Below, in pieces: positions 48,096 to 57,718 of a stretch of 64,000 nucleotides of DNA. Numbering within the stretch: the stretch's first letter is position 1; each line of letters starts with the position of its first letter. The notes under the pieces were generated by a model. The model was not told where the DNA came from. It saw only the letters and a list, made by a program, of their open reading frames with translations, and made no database searches. A program made the position numbers and the translations under genes. Origin of the DNA: Terriglobia bacterium (GTDB taxonomy: Bacteria > Acidobacteriota > Terriglobia > 20CM-2-55-15); NCBI GenBank assembly GCA_965198225.1, contig CBDAOY010000006.1, positions 128,001 to 192,000 on the forward strand, written 5' to 3'.

Positions 48096-49558
48096 CTGGC
48101 TATCCCATCCTGACGGCGACCACGTTCCTGCCCCTTGTGGGTGCGGTGTTGATCCTTTTCCTCGGCAGTGATCGGCTTGCGCGCTGGATCGCGCTGGCCA
48201 CGACTCTGGCGACTCTGGCGATTTCGGGCCCGCTCTATCTGAACTTCGACAAGAGCTCGAGCGCGCTGCAGTTCGTCGAGTCTGCGGACTGGATCCCGGC
48301 GTGGAACATCGCCTACAGCATGGGCGTGGACGGCATCAGCCTGCCGTTCATCTTCCTGGCCTCGGTCTTGAGCGTCCTGTGCGTCAGCGTCTCGTGGACT
48401 GCGGTTGGGACGCGAGTGCGCGAGTTCTATTCCGCGCTCCTGGTGGCGGAGACCGCGATGATCGGCCTTTTTGCCGCATCGAATCTGTTCCTCTTCTACA
48501 TATTCTGGGAACTCATCCTCGTTCCGATCTTTCTAATGATCGGTGTCTGGGGAGGTCCGACGCGCATCTACGCGGCGGTCAAGTTTCTGATGTTCACCCT
48601 GGCCGGCAGCGTCCTGATGCTCGTGGGTCTGATCGCCCTCTACCAGACCTTCGGCACGCTGGACTTCAAGGCTCTTGCCTCGGCGAGCGGGGACCTCGAT
48701 TCCACACACCAGTCCTGGCTCTTCGCGGCATTCCTGGCCGCCTTCGCGGTCAAAGTACCGATGTTCCCCGTACATACGTGGCTCCCGGACGCCCACACCG
48801 AGGCGCCCACGGCGGGTAGCGTTATTCTGGCCGGGATCCTCCTCAAGATGGGGGCCTACGGTTTCCTGCGTGTTTCGCTTCCCATACTTCCAGACGCTGT
48901 GCAGCTTTTCGCGACGCCCATGCTGATCGTCTCCGCGGTCGCCATCGTCTACGGCGCGTACGTGACCCTGGTTCAGACCGACGTCAAGCGCCTCATCGCC
49001 TACTCGAGCGTCAGCCACATGGGTTTCGTCACTCTGGGCATCTTCACTCTCGACGGCAACGGGGTCGAGGGCGCCCTCCTGCAGATGATCAACCACGGCA
49101 TCCTCAGCGCGGCGCTCTTCCTGTGCGTCGGGATGATCTACGAACGCACGCATACCCGCGAGATCAAGGACTACGGCGGCGTCGCCAGAACCGCGCCGGT
49201 CTACTCCACCCTGCTGGCACTGTTCTGTCTGGCCGCCGCAGGGTTCCCGGGTTTGAATTCGTTCGTCGGAGAGTTCCTCATCATCGGCGGCGCCTTCAGG
49301 ACCCAGCCCTGGCTCGGAGCCATGGCCGTCTGGGGTGTCGCCCTTGGAACCGCCTACCTGGTATGGCTCTACTACCGGGTCGTCATGGGCGAGATCAACC
49401 CGGGTCTTGATGGACTCAAGCTCGAGCTCAACGCGCGTGAGGTGGCAACGCTGGCTCCGCTGGCCCTGCTGGCGTTGGGCCTCGGCCTCTACCCCGAGTT
49501 GGTGCTCTCCTATCTTCATGTTCCCGTGGCGGAGCTGCTCGCCGGGGTCACGCCGTGA
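48092..49558 (+). CDS. nuoM: NADH-quinone oxidoreductase subunit M
   Basis: GVDGIS, FYIFWE, KVPMFPVHTWLPDAHTEAPTAGSVILAGILLKMG, IAYSSVSHMG. Confidence 0.95.
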   Translation: MTGYPILTATTFLPLVGAVLILFLGSDRLARWIALATTLATLAISGPLYLNFDKSSSALQFVESADWIPAWNIAYSMGVDGISLPFIFLASVLSVLCVSVSWTAVGTRVREFYSALLVAETAMIGLFAASNLFLFYIFWELILVPIFLMIGVWGGPTRIYAAVKFLMFTLAGSVLMLVGLIALYQTFGTLDFKALASASGDLDSTHQSWLFAAFLAAFAVKVPMFPVHTWLPDAHTEAPTAGSVILAGILLKMGAYGFLRVSLPILPDAVQLFATPMLIVSAVAIVYGAYVTLVQTDVKRLIAYSSVSHMGFVTLGIFTLDGNGVEGALLQMINHGILSAALFLCVGMIYERTHTREIKDYGGVARTAPVYSTLLALFCLAAAGFPGLNSFVGEFLIIGGAFRTQPWLGAMAVWGVALGTAYLVWLYYRVVMGEINPGLDGLKLELNAREVATLAPLALLALGLGLYPELVLSYLHVPVAELLAGVTP

Positions 49559-50976
49559 AGGGTGCAACCGTCGCCGACCTCGCCCTGCTCGTGCCCGAGT
49601 TGATTCTTGTCGGGATGGCCCTCGTACTGATTCTTGTGGCGCGTCGAGTCCAGACAACGCCGGTCGCCGCAGTGGGCACTGTGATCGCGGCGCTGGGGGC
49701 AGCCGTGGCCTCCGCGTGGATGTTGTCCGGCGACACCGTTACCGGCTTTGGGGGCATGATCACCCTCGACGGGTACTCCCAATTCTTCAAGGTCCTTATC
49801 GCCGCCACTCTGGCGCTGGCCGCGCTTCTTTCGGTACGGAGCCTCGACGGAGATCAGATCCCGCGTGGGGAGTACCACGCCCTGTTGCTGTTGGGCGCGA
49901 CGGGAATGATGCTCGCGGTGTCGGCTCTCGATCTACTGACTCTCTACCTGGGCCTGGAGCTCATGACGCTCTGCTCCTACATCCTGGTCGGGATTCGGGT
50001 GGACCGACCGGCGTCGAACGAGGCTGCAATCAAATATTTCCTCCTCGCTTCCTTCGCCTCGGCCGTGCTTCTCTACGGGATCGCCCTGACCTACGGCGTC
50101 ACCGGCGCTACGGACTTTGCAGCCATAGCCGTGGCCATTTCCGAGGGCGGGATGGGCGGCAACCCGATACTCCTGATAGCAGTAGGGCTGGTGACGGCCG
50201 GGCTCGCCTTCAAGATTGCGGCAGTACCGTTCCATTCCTGGGCGCCGGATGCTTACCAGGGTGCGAGCGCACCGGTGGCGGCTTTTCTGGCTGCCGGTTC
50301 CAAGGCGGCCGGCCTGGCGGCACTGGGACGGGTCGGCCTGATCGCCTTCGGAGCGGAAGCCCGCGTCCTGTCCATGGTCCTGATCGGGCTCGCGGCCCTA
50401 TCGATCGTCGTGGGTAGCTTCCTCGCGCTGTCCCAGACCGACATGAAGCGGCTACTCGCATATTCTTCGATCACTCATGCGGGCTACGCTCTGCTGGGTC
50501 TGATCGCCGGAACTCCGGAGGGAGTTTCGGCGACGATGACCTACACCTTCTTCTATGTCTTCATGACGCTCGGGGCTTTTGGAGTGGTCATCGCTCTGGG
50601 CGAGCGGGGCGAGAAACTGGACGGCTACCAGGGACTGGCAGCCCAGCGGCCAGGCACATCCCTGCTCATGCTCCTGTTCCTGCTGTCCCTGACCGGCATC
50701 CCTCCGACGGCCGGGTTCGTGGCCAAGTTCGTCGTGATCCTCAGCGCGGTCCGTGCGGGCCATACGGCGCTGGCGGTCCTGGCCGTGGCCTGCAGCGTGG
50801 TGACCGCGTTCGTGTACTTGCGGGTGGCCGTCCTCATGTACATGAGAGAGCCGGAGGAACCGGCACCTTCGCGTTTACCGGTCGCCATATCCGCAGCCCT
50901 TGCAGTGGCCGCGCTAGTCACTCTAGCCGGGGGCATTTCCCCGGGCAGCTTCGTGCCGTGGGCGGTGTCACCCTGA
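49555..50976 (+). CDS. nuoN: NADH-quinone oxidoreductase subunit N
   Basis: LGLELM, EAAIKYF, FKIAAVPFHSWAPDAYQGA, KRLLAYSSITHAGY, GIPPTAGF. Confidence 0.95.
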   Translation: MKGATVADLALLVPELILVGMALVLILVARRVQTTPVAAVGTVIAALGAAVASAWMLSGDTVTGFGGMITLDGYSQFFKVLIAATLALAALLSVRSLDGDQIPRGEYHALLLLGATGMMLAVSALDLLTLYLGLELMTLCSYILVGIRVDRPASNEAAIKYFLLASFASAVLLYGIALTYGVTGATDFAAIAVAISEGGMGGNPILLIAVGLVTAGLAFKIAAVPFHSWAPDAYQGASAPVAAFLAAGSKAAGLAALGRVGLIAFGAEARVLSMVLIGLAALSIVVGSFLALSQTDMKRLLAYSSITHAGYALLGLIAGTPEGVSATMTYTFFYVFMTLGAFGVVIALGERGEKLDGYQGLAAQRPGTSLLMLLFLLSLTGIPPTAGFVAKFVVILSAVRAGHTALAVLAVACSVVTAFVYLRVAVLMYMREPEEPAPSRLPVAISAALAVAALVTLAGGISPGSFVPWAVSP

Positions 50977-51030
50977 TGCTTAACAATGTACAATGCTAGA
51001 TGTTATTTCTGACTCAGGACACTAAGACTC

Positions 51031-51384
51031 GTGAACGAATACATCGGTATCGCTGTTAGTTTTGTTGTGGCCGCAGGGATCGCCGGCGCGATGGTGTTCC
51101 TGAGCTCCGTGCTGGGTAAGAAGAACCCTACGCCGGAAAAGATGTCGCCGTTCGAATGTGGCAAGGATCCGTTCTCGCTACCGATGGGAAGGTTGGCGAT
51201 CAAGTTCTACCTGACCGCGATCCTGTTCATCCTCTTCGACGTCGAGCTCGTCTTCCTCTATCCGTGGGCCGTCGTGTTCCGACAGCTGGGATTCCTGGGC
51301 TTGACCGAGATGGGCGTCTTCCTGGGCATCCTGATGGTGGGTTTCGTTTACGCCTGGGACAACGGCGCACTTGACTGGCAATAA
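51031..51384 (+). CDS. nuoA: NADH-quinone oxidoreductase subunit A
   Basis: PFECG, FYLTAILFILFDVELVFLYPWA, GALDW. Confidence 0.96.
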   Translation: MNEYIGIAVSFVVAAGIAGAMVFLSSVLGKKNPTPEKMSPFECGKDPFSLPMGRLAIKFYLTAILFILFDVELVFLYPWAVVFRQLGFLGLTEMGVFLGILMVGFVYAWDNGALDWQ

Positions 51385-51396
51385 AGGAGAGGGGCT

Positions 51397-51645
51397 CTAT
51401 CGCAGATTGGTCATCGGACGAGTCCACATTGGAAGTTGGAGATTGTAAATTGCTCGATTTCTACATTGTTCGGAAATCTGAAATGAAGCAATTTGCAATG
51501 AGCAACTTGCAATGCGGATTGTTCAAATATCGCAATTTGCGATAGGACCGGATCTTCTTTGGGTGCTTGAAAGACGGGATCCATCGCAGATTGGTCATCG
51601 AACGAATCCGCTTTGGAAGTTGGAGATTGGAGATTGCTCCATTTG
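51397..51645 (+). repeat. Heptamer-periodic long hairpin element (arm1-arm2-arm1) between nuoA and nuoB
   Basis: 51397-51461 pairs imperfectly with 51480-51545; arm1 repeated at 51583-51645. Confidence 0.88.
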
Positions 51646-51685
51646 AAATCTTCGAATACGAGCGAAATCGACTGACAGTGAAGCT

Positions 51686-52192
51686 ATGACGGACACGACC
51701 ACATCGTTCTTAACCAGCCGCCTTGACAAGGCAATCGGCTGGGCTCGGAAATACTCGATCTTCCAATACCCTTTTGTGACGGCGTGCTGCGGGATGGAGT
51801 ACATGGCGACAGCCTGCTCTCACTACGACGTGGACCGCTTCGGAGCGGGCTTCCCCCGGTTTTCGCCGCGCCAGGCCGACGTGCTCTTCGTCGTGGGCAC
51901 GATCAGTCACAAGATGGCGCCCGTCTTGAAACGCATCCATGAGCAGATGGCCGACCCCAAGTGGGTGGTCGCGTTCGGAGTGTGCACATGTACGGGCGGT
52001 TTCTATGACAACTATGCAACGGTGATGGGTATCGACACGATCATGCCGGTGGATGTCTACATACCCGGATGCCCGCCGCGGCCGGAGATGGTCCTTGACG
52101 GGCTGATGAAGCTCCAGGACAAGATCCAGGACGAGCGAACAACCGGCGTGCGGGCCGAAGCCGAACCTCGCCCGGACATCTTCGAAGCATGA
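51686..52192 (+). CDS. nuoB: NADH-quinone oxidoreductase subunit B
   Basis: TACCGMEYM, SPRQAD, PKWVVAFGVC, DVYIPGCPPRPE. Confidence 0.96.
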   Translation: MTDTTTSFLTSRLDKAIGWARKYSIFQYPFVTACCGMEYMATACSHYDVDRFGAGFPRFSPRQADVLFVVGTISHKMAPVLKRIHEQMADPKWVVAFGVCTCTGGFYDNYATVMGIDTIMPVDVYIPGCPPRPEMVLDGLMKLQDKIQDERTTGVRAEAEPRPDIFEA

Positions 52193-52770
52193 ATACGGCC
52201 TCTTTGATCGAGTCCGTCAAGAACCAGTTCCCGGATGCGGTCCGGGGGTCGCATATTTACCGGGGTGATGCCACCCTGGTCTTGCGGCCCGAATGCCTGG
52301 TCGAAGTGGCGCGGTTTCTCAAGGAAGACCCGGCCTTCCGCATGAACTTCCTGGTAGACGTGACCGCCGTCGACTACCTCACCTTCGGAAAACGGCCGAC
52401 TCCGGCTTTCTTCGCGTCCTCCGGAGTGGCGGTGAAGCCCTCTTCTCAGATTCCCGACGAGGACCCCTGGCCCGGCCCGCCCGCCCGGTCGCGCTTCGCC
52501 CTCGTCTACCACTTCTACTCGATGGCCCACAAGCATCGACTCCGTCTGGTGGTTCCCGTCGAAGAGACCGATGCCGTGGTGGACTCCGTGACCGCTTTGT
52601 GGCCTGGAGCCGACTGGCTCGAGCGCGAGGTCTGGGACATGTTCGGGATCGACTTCCGGGGCCACCCGGACCTGAGGCGCATCCTCATGTACGACGAGTT
52701 TGAAGGTCACCCGTTGCGCAAAGACTATCCCGTCAACAAACGACAGCCCCTGATCGGACCCGTCAACTGA
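52189..52770 (+). CDS. nuoC: NADH-quinone oxidoreductase subunit C
   Basis: DVTAVDY, WLEREVWDMFGI.F.GHPDLRRIL, GHPLRKDYP. Confidence 0.95.
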   Translation: MNTASLIESVKNQFPDAVRGSHIYRGDATLVLRPECLVEVARFLKEDPAFRMNFLVDVTAVDYLTFGKRPTPAFFASSGVAVKPSSQIPDEDPWPGPPARSRFALVYHFYSMAHKHRLRLVVPVEETDAVVDSVTALWPGADWLEREVWDMFGIDFRGHPDLRRILMYDEFEGHPLRKDYPVNKRQPLIGPVN

Positions 52771-52779
52771 TCCGCGCCG

Positions 52780-54159
52780 ATGGACACGACTCCAATGCCC
52801 GAGACAAACCCGACACCCGAGAGCCAGACCGAGAATCTCGAAACGCGCGACATGATGCTCAACATCGGTCCCGCGCACCCGGCCATGCACGGCATCATCC
52901 GGATCGTGTCCAAACTCGATGGGGAACAGATCCAGGAGGCCGACGTGGAGATCGGCTACCTCCACCGCGGTTTCGAAAAGATGTCGGAGGTGGTCGACTA
53001 CAACGGCGTTGTCCCTTACACCGACCGGCTCAACTACGTCTCGCCGCTCATCAACAACATGGGCTACTGCATGAGCGTGGAGAAACTGCTGGGAATCTCG
53101 GTCCCGGAACGCTGCCACTATGTCCGGGTCATCCTTTCAGAAATCTCGCGGATCTCAGACCACCTCACCTGCGTCGGGGCGAGCGCCATGGAACTGGGGG
53201 CCTTCACCGTCTTTCTCTACATGGTCAAGGCGCGCGAGTATCTCTGGGAACTCGTGGAGAAGGTGACCGGCGCCCGCCTGACGGTCAGCTACTGCCGTGT
53301 CGGCGGGGTGAAGGCCGACCTCCCCGACGATTTCGCCGAACCCTGCCGCAAGGCTTTTGAGGAGACCCGCAAGGTCCTCTCCGAATCACACGGACTTCTC
53401 ACACGAAACCGCATCTTCGTAGACCGCATGAACGGAACGGGCGTGATCTCGCAGGAGGACGCCATCTCTTACGGGATTACGGGCCCCTTCCTTCGTTCCA
53501 CAGGCGCCGATTACGACGTGCGCAAGGACTGCCCCTACGCCGTCTACGACCAGATCCCTTTCGAAGTGCCGGTGGGAAGCCAGGGCGACAACATGGACCG
53601 GTACCTTGTACGCATGGAAGAGATGGAGCAGTCCATGCGCATCGTGGAAAGGGCGCTCGCGGACATCCCGGCCGGCGCGGTCCAGGTTGATCCGGAGACC
53701 GGACGCGACATCCCGGCGGCAGAGATGGTGGATCTTGCGAAGGTTGGAAACATCGCGGCGATCTCGGGCGGTTGCGCCGTGCCGGGCCCTACTCTCGAGG
53801 GCTCGGGGCGTGCCCAACGTCCCTCTATTGCAGCCGACGAGAAGCGGGCCTTCCTCCCATCGAAGGAGGACACCTACGGCAACATCGAAGGACTGATGAA
53901 CCATTTCAAGCTGGTCATGCACGGCCACGGCGTGCGGCCTCCGGCTGGAGAGGTCTACTTCCCGGTGGAAGGGGCCAACGGCGAGCTGGGATTTTACGTG
54001 ATCAGCGACGGAGCGGGGAACCCATTCCGGGTCCGGGTACGGCCGCCCTGCTTTGCCATCATGTCGGCTCTATCGAAACTCCTTACCGGCGACATGATCG
54101 CCGACATGGTCCCCACCTTCGGGTCGGTCAACATGATCGGTGGAGAACTGGACCGGTAG
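52780..54159 (+). CDS. nuoD: NADH-quinone oxidoreductase subunit D
   Basis: NIGPAHPAMHG, GYLHRGFEK, YTDRLNY, EGANGELG, GGELDR. Confidence 0.96.
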   Translation: MDTTPMPETNPTPESQTENLETRDMMLNIGPAHPAMHGIIRIVSKLDGEQIQEADVEIGYLHRGFEKMSEVVDYNGVVPYTDRLNYVSPLINNMGYCMSVEKLLGISVPERCHYVRVILSEISRISDHLTCVGASAMELGAFTVFLYMVKAREYLWELVEKVTGARLTVSYCRVGGVKADLPDDFAEPCRKAFEETRKVLSESHGLLTRNRIFVDRMNGTGVISQEDAISYGITGPFLRSTGADYDVRKDCPYAVYDQIPFEVPVGSQGDNMDRYLVRMEEMEQSMRIVERALADIPAGAVQVDPETGRDIPAAEMVDLAKVGNIAAISGGCAVPGPTLEGSGRAQRPSIAADEKRAFLPSKEDTYGNIEGLMNHFKLVMHGHGVRPPAGEVYFPVEGANGELGFYVISDGAGNPFRVRVRPPCFAIMSALSKLLTGDMIADMVPTFGSVNMIGGELDR

Positions 54160-54263
54160 CATTGGAGATTGCTGGAGTTGTTATTGGTCAGAAAATCTGA
54201 AATGAAGCAATTTCCAATGAACAACCTGCAATGTGGATTGTTCAGATATCGCGATTTGCGATA
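54160..54263 (+). repeat. Heptamer-periodic hairpin element (partial arm1 + arm2) between nuoD and nuoEF
   Basis: cattggagattgct ... aaatctgaaatgaagcaatttccaatgaacaacctgcaatgtggattgttcagatatcgcgatttgcgata. Confidence 0.85.
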
Positions 54264-54318
54264 CGTCATTCAAAAACGCGATTTGCAACTAGACCACTAA
54301 GCTTTCGGAAGAGCTGAA

Positions 54319-56106
54319 TTGGCAGACCTTGAAAGCAAAGCCGACGAGATCATAGGGCGCTACGAGTACCCCAAGGCCGCCATGTTGCCTCTGTTGTGGC
54401 TCGTCCAGGAAGACCGCGGCTGGGTCTCCCCGGAAGACGAGGCCTGGGTTGGGCGCAAGCTTGGGGTGGCGATCTCCCACGTGCGCGAGGCGGTCTCCTT
54501 CTACAACATGTTCCACACCCGACCCGTGGGCCGGCGAGAGCTCCGGGTCTGCACTTCTCCGCCGTGCATGCTGCGCGGTGCCGACGATCTGATGGAGCAG
54601 ATCAAAGAGCGTCTCAAGATCGGTCCGGGCGAGACCACCTCCGGCCTGTCTGTCACGCTCACGGAGGTCGAATGCCTGTGCGCCTGCGAGATGGCGCCCA
54701 TGGCCCAACTTGACGAACGTTTTGTCGGACCTCTCGAAGGTGAAAGCGTCGATGCCATTGTCTCCGACGCGCTCACCGAACCGGGCAACCCCGAATCGAC
54801 GCCGGAGCCGAACCCCTTCATCTGCTCGGACGGGCCGGTGCTGTCGACACGTCTCGGCAACACCGAGGGAACGTGGTTCCAAGCCTACACGGCGGACGAG
54901 GGTTACCTAGCGGCCAGGAAGGTACTGAGTACGATGAAGCCCGAAGACGTGATCGACGAGGTTTCCAAAGCCAACTTGCGCGGTCTGGGCGGCGCGGGAT
55001 TTCCGGCGGGCAGGAAGTGGTCGTTCGTCCCGAAGGGTTCAAACAAGCCCAGGTATCTGGTCGTAAACGCGGACGAGGGCGAGCCCGGCACTTTCAAGGA
55101 CCGCTACATCATGGAGCGGGATCCTCACGCGCTGCTCGAAGGCATGATCCTCGCCGCCTACGCGATCGGAAGTCACAAGGCCTATGTCTACATCCGCGGT
55201 GAGTACTTCCGGTCTGCCAAGCGCCTGCAGCGTGCCATAGACGAGGCCTACAGCCAGGGCTGGCTGGGCAAGGACATACAGGGAACAGGCTTCGATCTGG
55301 ACGTGGTTGTCCACCGCGGGGCAGGTGCCTATATCTGCGGCGAAGAGACCGCACTGCTTACCTCGCTCGAGGGCGGAAAGGGCTTTCCCCGCCTGAAGCC
55401 CCCGTTCCCAGCTATCTCGGGTCTCTTCGCCTGTCCCACGATCGTCAACAACGTGGAAACACTGGCCTGCGTGCCTTTCATCATGCGCTACGGTGCCGAA
55501 CGCTTCGCCGCAATCGGCACGGCCAAACAGGGTGGCACTCGGCTTTTCTGCGTGAGCGGACATGTGGTCCGTCCGGGTGTGTACGAAGAGCCGGTGGGCG
55601 TGACCCTGAGGGAACTGATCGAGAAAGCCGGGGGCGTCCGCGACGGAAACAAGCTGAAGGCCGTCATCCCCGGCGGAATTTCGGCCAAAATCCTGACGTC
55701 GGATGAGATCGACGTGGGCATGGACTTCGACTCCCTCATGGCCGCCGGCAGCATGGCAGGTTCCGGCGGTGTCATCGTGATGGATGAGACGACTTCCATC
55801 GTCGAGGCGCTGGATTGGGCGGCCAAGTTCTTCGCCGACGAGTCGTGCGGCCAGTGCTCGCCGTGTCGCGAGGGAACCGGCTGGGTCCATCGCATCCTGG
55901 GCCGTATCCTGGACGGCAACGGGAGCGTCCAGGACCTGGACGATCTTCTCGGCATCGCCGGCGATATGGAAGGAAATACGATCTGCGTCTTCGCCGACGC
56001 GGCAGCCTGGCCGGTTCAGTCCTACATCGCGAAGTTCCGTGACGAGTTCGAAGAGTTCATCCGCAGCGGTCGGAGGGCCGGGAGCCGGGAGGCCGCCCAT
56101 GCCTAA
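54319..56106 (+). CDS. nuoEF: Fused NADH-quinone oxidoreductase subunits E and F
   Basis: NuoE: SFYNMF, CTSPPC, ECLCAC; NuoF: LRGLGGAGF, NADEGEPGTFKDR, GAGAYICGEET, ESCGQCSPCREG, TIC; one continuous ORF. Confidence 0.93.
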   Translation: MADLESKADEIIGRYEYPKAAMLPLLWLVQEDRGWVSPEDEAWVGRKLGVAISHVREAVSFYNMFHTRPVGRRELRVCTSPPCMLRGADDLMEQIKERLKIGPGETTSGLSVTLTEVECLCACEMAPMAQLDERFVGPLEGESVDAIVSDALTEPGNPESTPEPNPFICSDGPVLSTRLGNTEGTWFQAYTADEGYLAARKVLSTMKPEDVIDEVSKANLRGLGGAGFPAGRKWSFVPKGSNKPRYLVVNADEGEPGTFKDRYIMERDPHALLEGMILAAYAIGSHKAYVYIRGEYFRSAKRLQRAIDEAYSQGWLGKDIQGTGFDLDVVVHRGAGAYICGEETALLTSLEGGKGFPRLKPPFPAISGLFACPTIVNNVETLACVPFIMRYGAERFAAIGTAKQGGTRLFCVSGHVVRPGVYEEPVGVTLRELIEKAGGVRDGNKLKAVIPGGISAKILTSDEIDVGMDFDSLMAAGSMAGSGGVIVMDETTSIVEALDWAAKFFADESCGQCSPCREGTGWVHRILGRILDGNGSVQDLDDLLGIAGDMEGNTICVFADAAAWPVQSYIAKFRDEFEEFIRSGRRAGSREAAHA

Positions 56107-57718
56107 GCTGACCATCGACGGCCGCGAGGTGAACGTGGCTGACGGATCCACCGTCATCCAGGCGGCCGAACAGCTGGGAATCTTCGTTCCGCGCTACTGC
56201 TACCACCCCGGCCTGTCCATTGCGGGCAACTGCCGCATCTGCCTGGTGGATGTGGAGAAGGCCCCCAAGCTCCAGATCGCCTGTAACTCGCCCGCAACGG
56301 AAGGCATGGTGGTGCACACCACCAACGACAAGGCCGAGGACGGCCGCCGGGCGGTCCTGGAGTTCCTCCTGGCCAATCACCCGCTCGATTGCCCGGTCTG
56401 CGACCAGTCCGGTGAGTGCGACCTGCAGAATTTCTACATGAACTTCGGCCTCTACAACCCGCGCTTCCGTGAACACAAGGTCAAAAAGCAGAAAGCCGTC
56501 GAACTCGGCCCCCATGTGATGCTGGACCAGGAGCGCTGCATTCTCTGCTCGCGCTGTGTGCGCTTCACGGACGAGATTACGAAAACCGGCGAGTTCGGCA
56601 TCTTCAATCGGGGGGACCGTGCCGAGTTGGGGCTCTATCCGGGTGACGTACTCGACAACCCCTACTCGGCCAACGTCGTCGACATCTGTCCGGTCGGCGC
56701 ACTGACCGAGAATGATTTCCGTTTCAAGGCCCGGGTCTGGTACCTCTCCAGCGCCCCCACGATCTGCAATGGCTGCAGCCAGGGATGCAACGTGGATATG
56801 CACTATGTCCTCGACCGTCCCCACTTGAACGATGGGGCTCGCGTCGTGCGTCTCAAGCCCCGCTACAACGCGGATGTAAACGAATGGTGGCTGTGCGACG
56901 AGGGGCGATACGGCTTCGGATGGCTGGATCGAGACAGATTACAGAAAGTTCGCGGGCCGGCAGCGGCAAGTGCAGCTGCAACCTGGGATCAGGCCCTCAA
57001 CGCGATCTCGACAGCCCTCGGCGAAGGCTATGGGGACGGCGCTCGGATCGGCGTACTCGCGTCGGCTCAGCTCACCAACGAGGAGCTTTTCCTGATCCGG
57101 GAGGTCTTCCAGCGGGGTCTGGGCGCGCGAGTCAGCGCTGTGGTTCCGGATGAGCCTGGAACCTCGGACGATTTCCTCATCAAGGCGGACAAGAATCCCA
57201 ACACCGCGGGAACCACCATCCTGGGCCTGACCGGCGGGGATGCAACTGACGGCGCGCTGATCGTCGACGAGGCGCTGGCGGGGAACGTCGACGTCCTGTG
57301 GGTTATCGGGCACGACATGGTGGCCCTCTTCGGGGAGGAGAGGGTCCGAGAGCTATCGGAGCGGGTGGGTCTGTTCGTCTTCTCGGGGACAAACCAGAAC
57401 CCAACCGTACCGTTCGCTCATTGGGTCCTGCCGACCGCGGCCTACGTGGAAAAGGACGGCACCTTCGTGAACTGCCACGGTCGGATCCAACGCATCGGTC
57501 TTGCCGTTCCGCCCCTGGATGACTCGAGAGAAGAGTGGCGCATCCTGCTTGAACTGGCTGGAAAGCTCGGCCTCGGGCTCGATTGGAAGGAACCGGAGGA
57601 GATTTTCCGGGCGCTCGCCGAAGCCGAGACGGCGTTCGAAGGGTTGAGCTATGACACGATCGGATCTCAGGGGGTCGATGTCCGCCCGACCGCGCCCGCG
57701 GGGACCATCGAATCATGA
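56099..57718 (+). CDS. nuoG: NADH-quinone oxidoreductase subunit G (short form, 539 aa)
   Basis: PRYCYHP, GNCRIC, NHPLDCPVCDQSGECDLQ, CILCSRC, ICPVGAL, CNGCSQGC. Confidence 0.93.
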   Translation: MPKLTIDGREVNVADGSTVIQAAEQLGIFVPRYCYHPGLSIAGNCRICLVDVEKAPKLQIACNSPATEGMVVHTTNDKAEDGRRAVLEFLLANHPLDCPVCDQSGECDLQNFYMNFGLYNPRFREHKVKKQKAVELGPHVMLDQERCILCSRCVRFTDEITKTGEFGIFNRGDRAELGLYPGDVLDNPYSANVVDICPVGALTENDFRFKARVWYLSSAPTICNGCSQGCNVDMHYVLDRPHLNDGARVVRLKPRYNADVNEWWLCDEGRYGFGWLDRDRLQKVRGPAAASAAATWDQALNAISTALGEGYGDGARIGVLASAQLTNEELFLIREVFQRGLGARVSAVVPDEPGTSDDFLIKADKNPNTAGTTILGLTGGDATDGALIVDEALAGNVDVLWVIGHDMVALFGEERVRELSERVGLFVFSGTNQNPTVPFAHWVLPTAAYVEKDGTFVNCHGRIQRIGLAVPPLDDSREEWRILLELAGKLGLGLDWKEPEEIFRALAEAETAFEGLSYDTIGSQGVDVRPTAPAGTIES

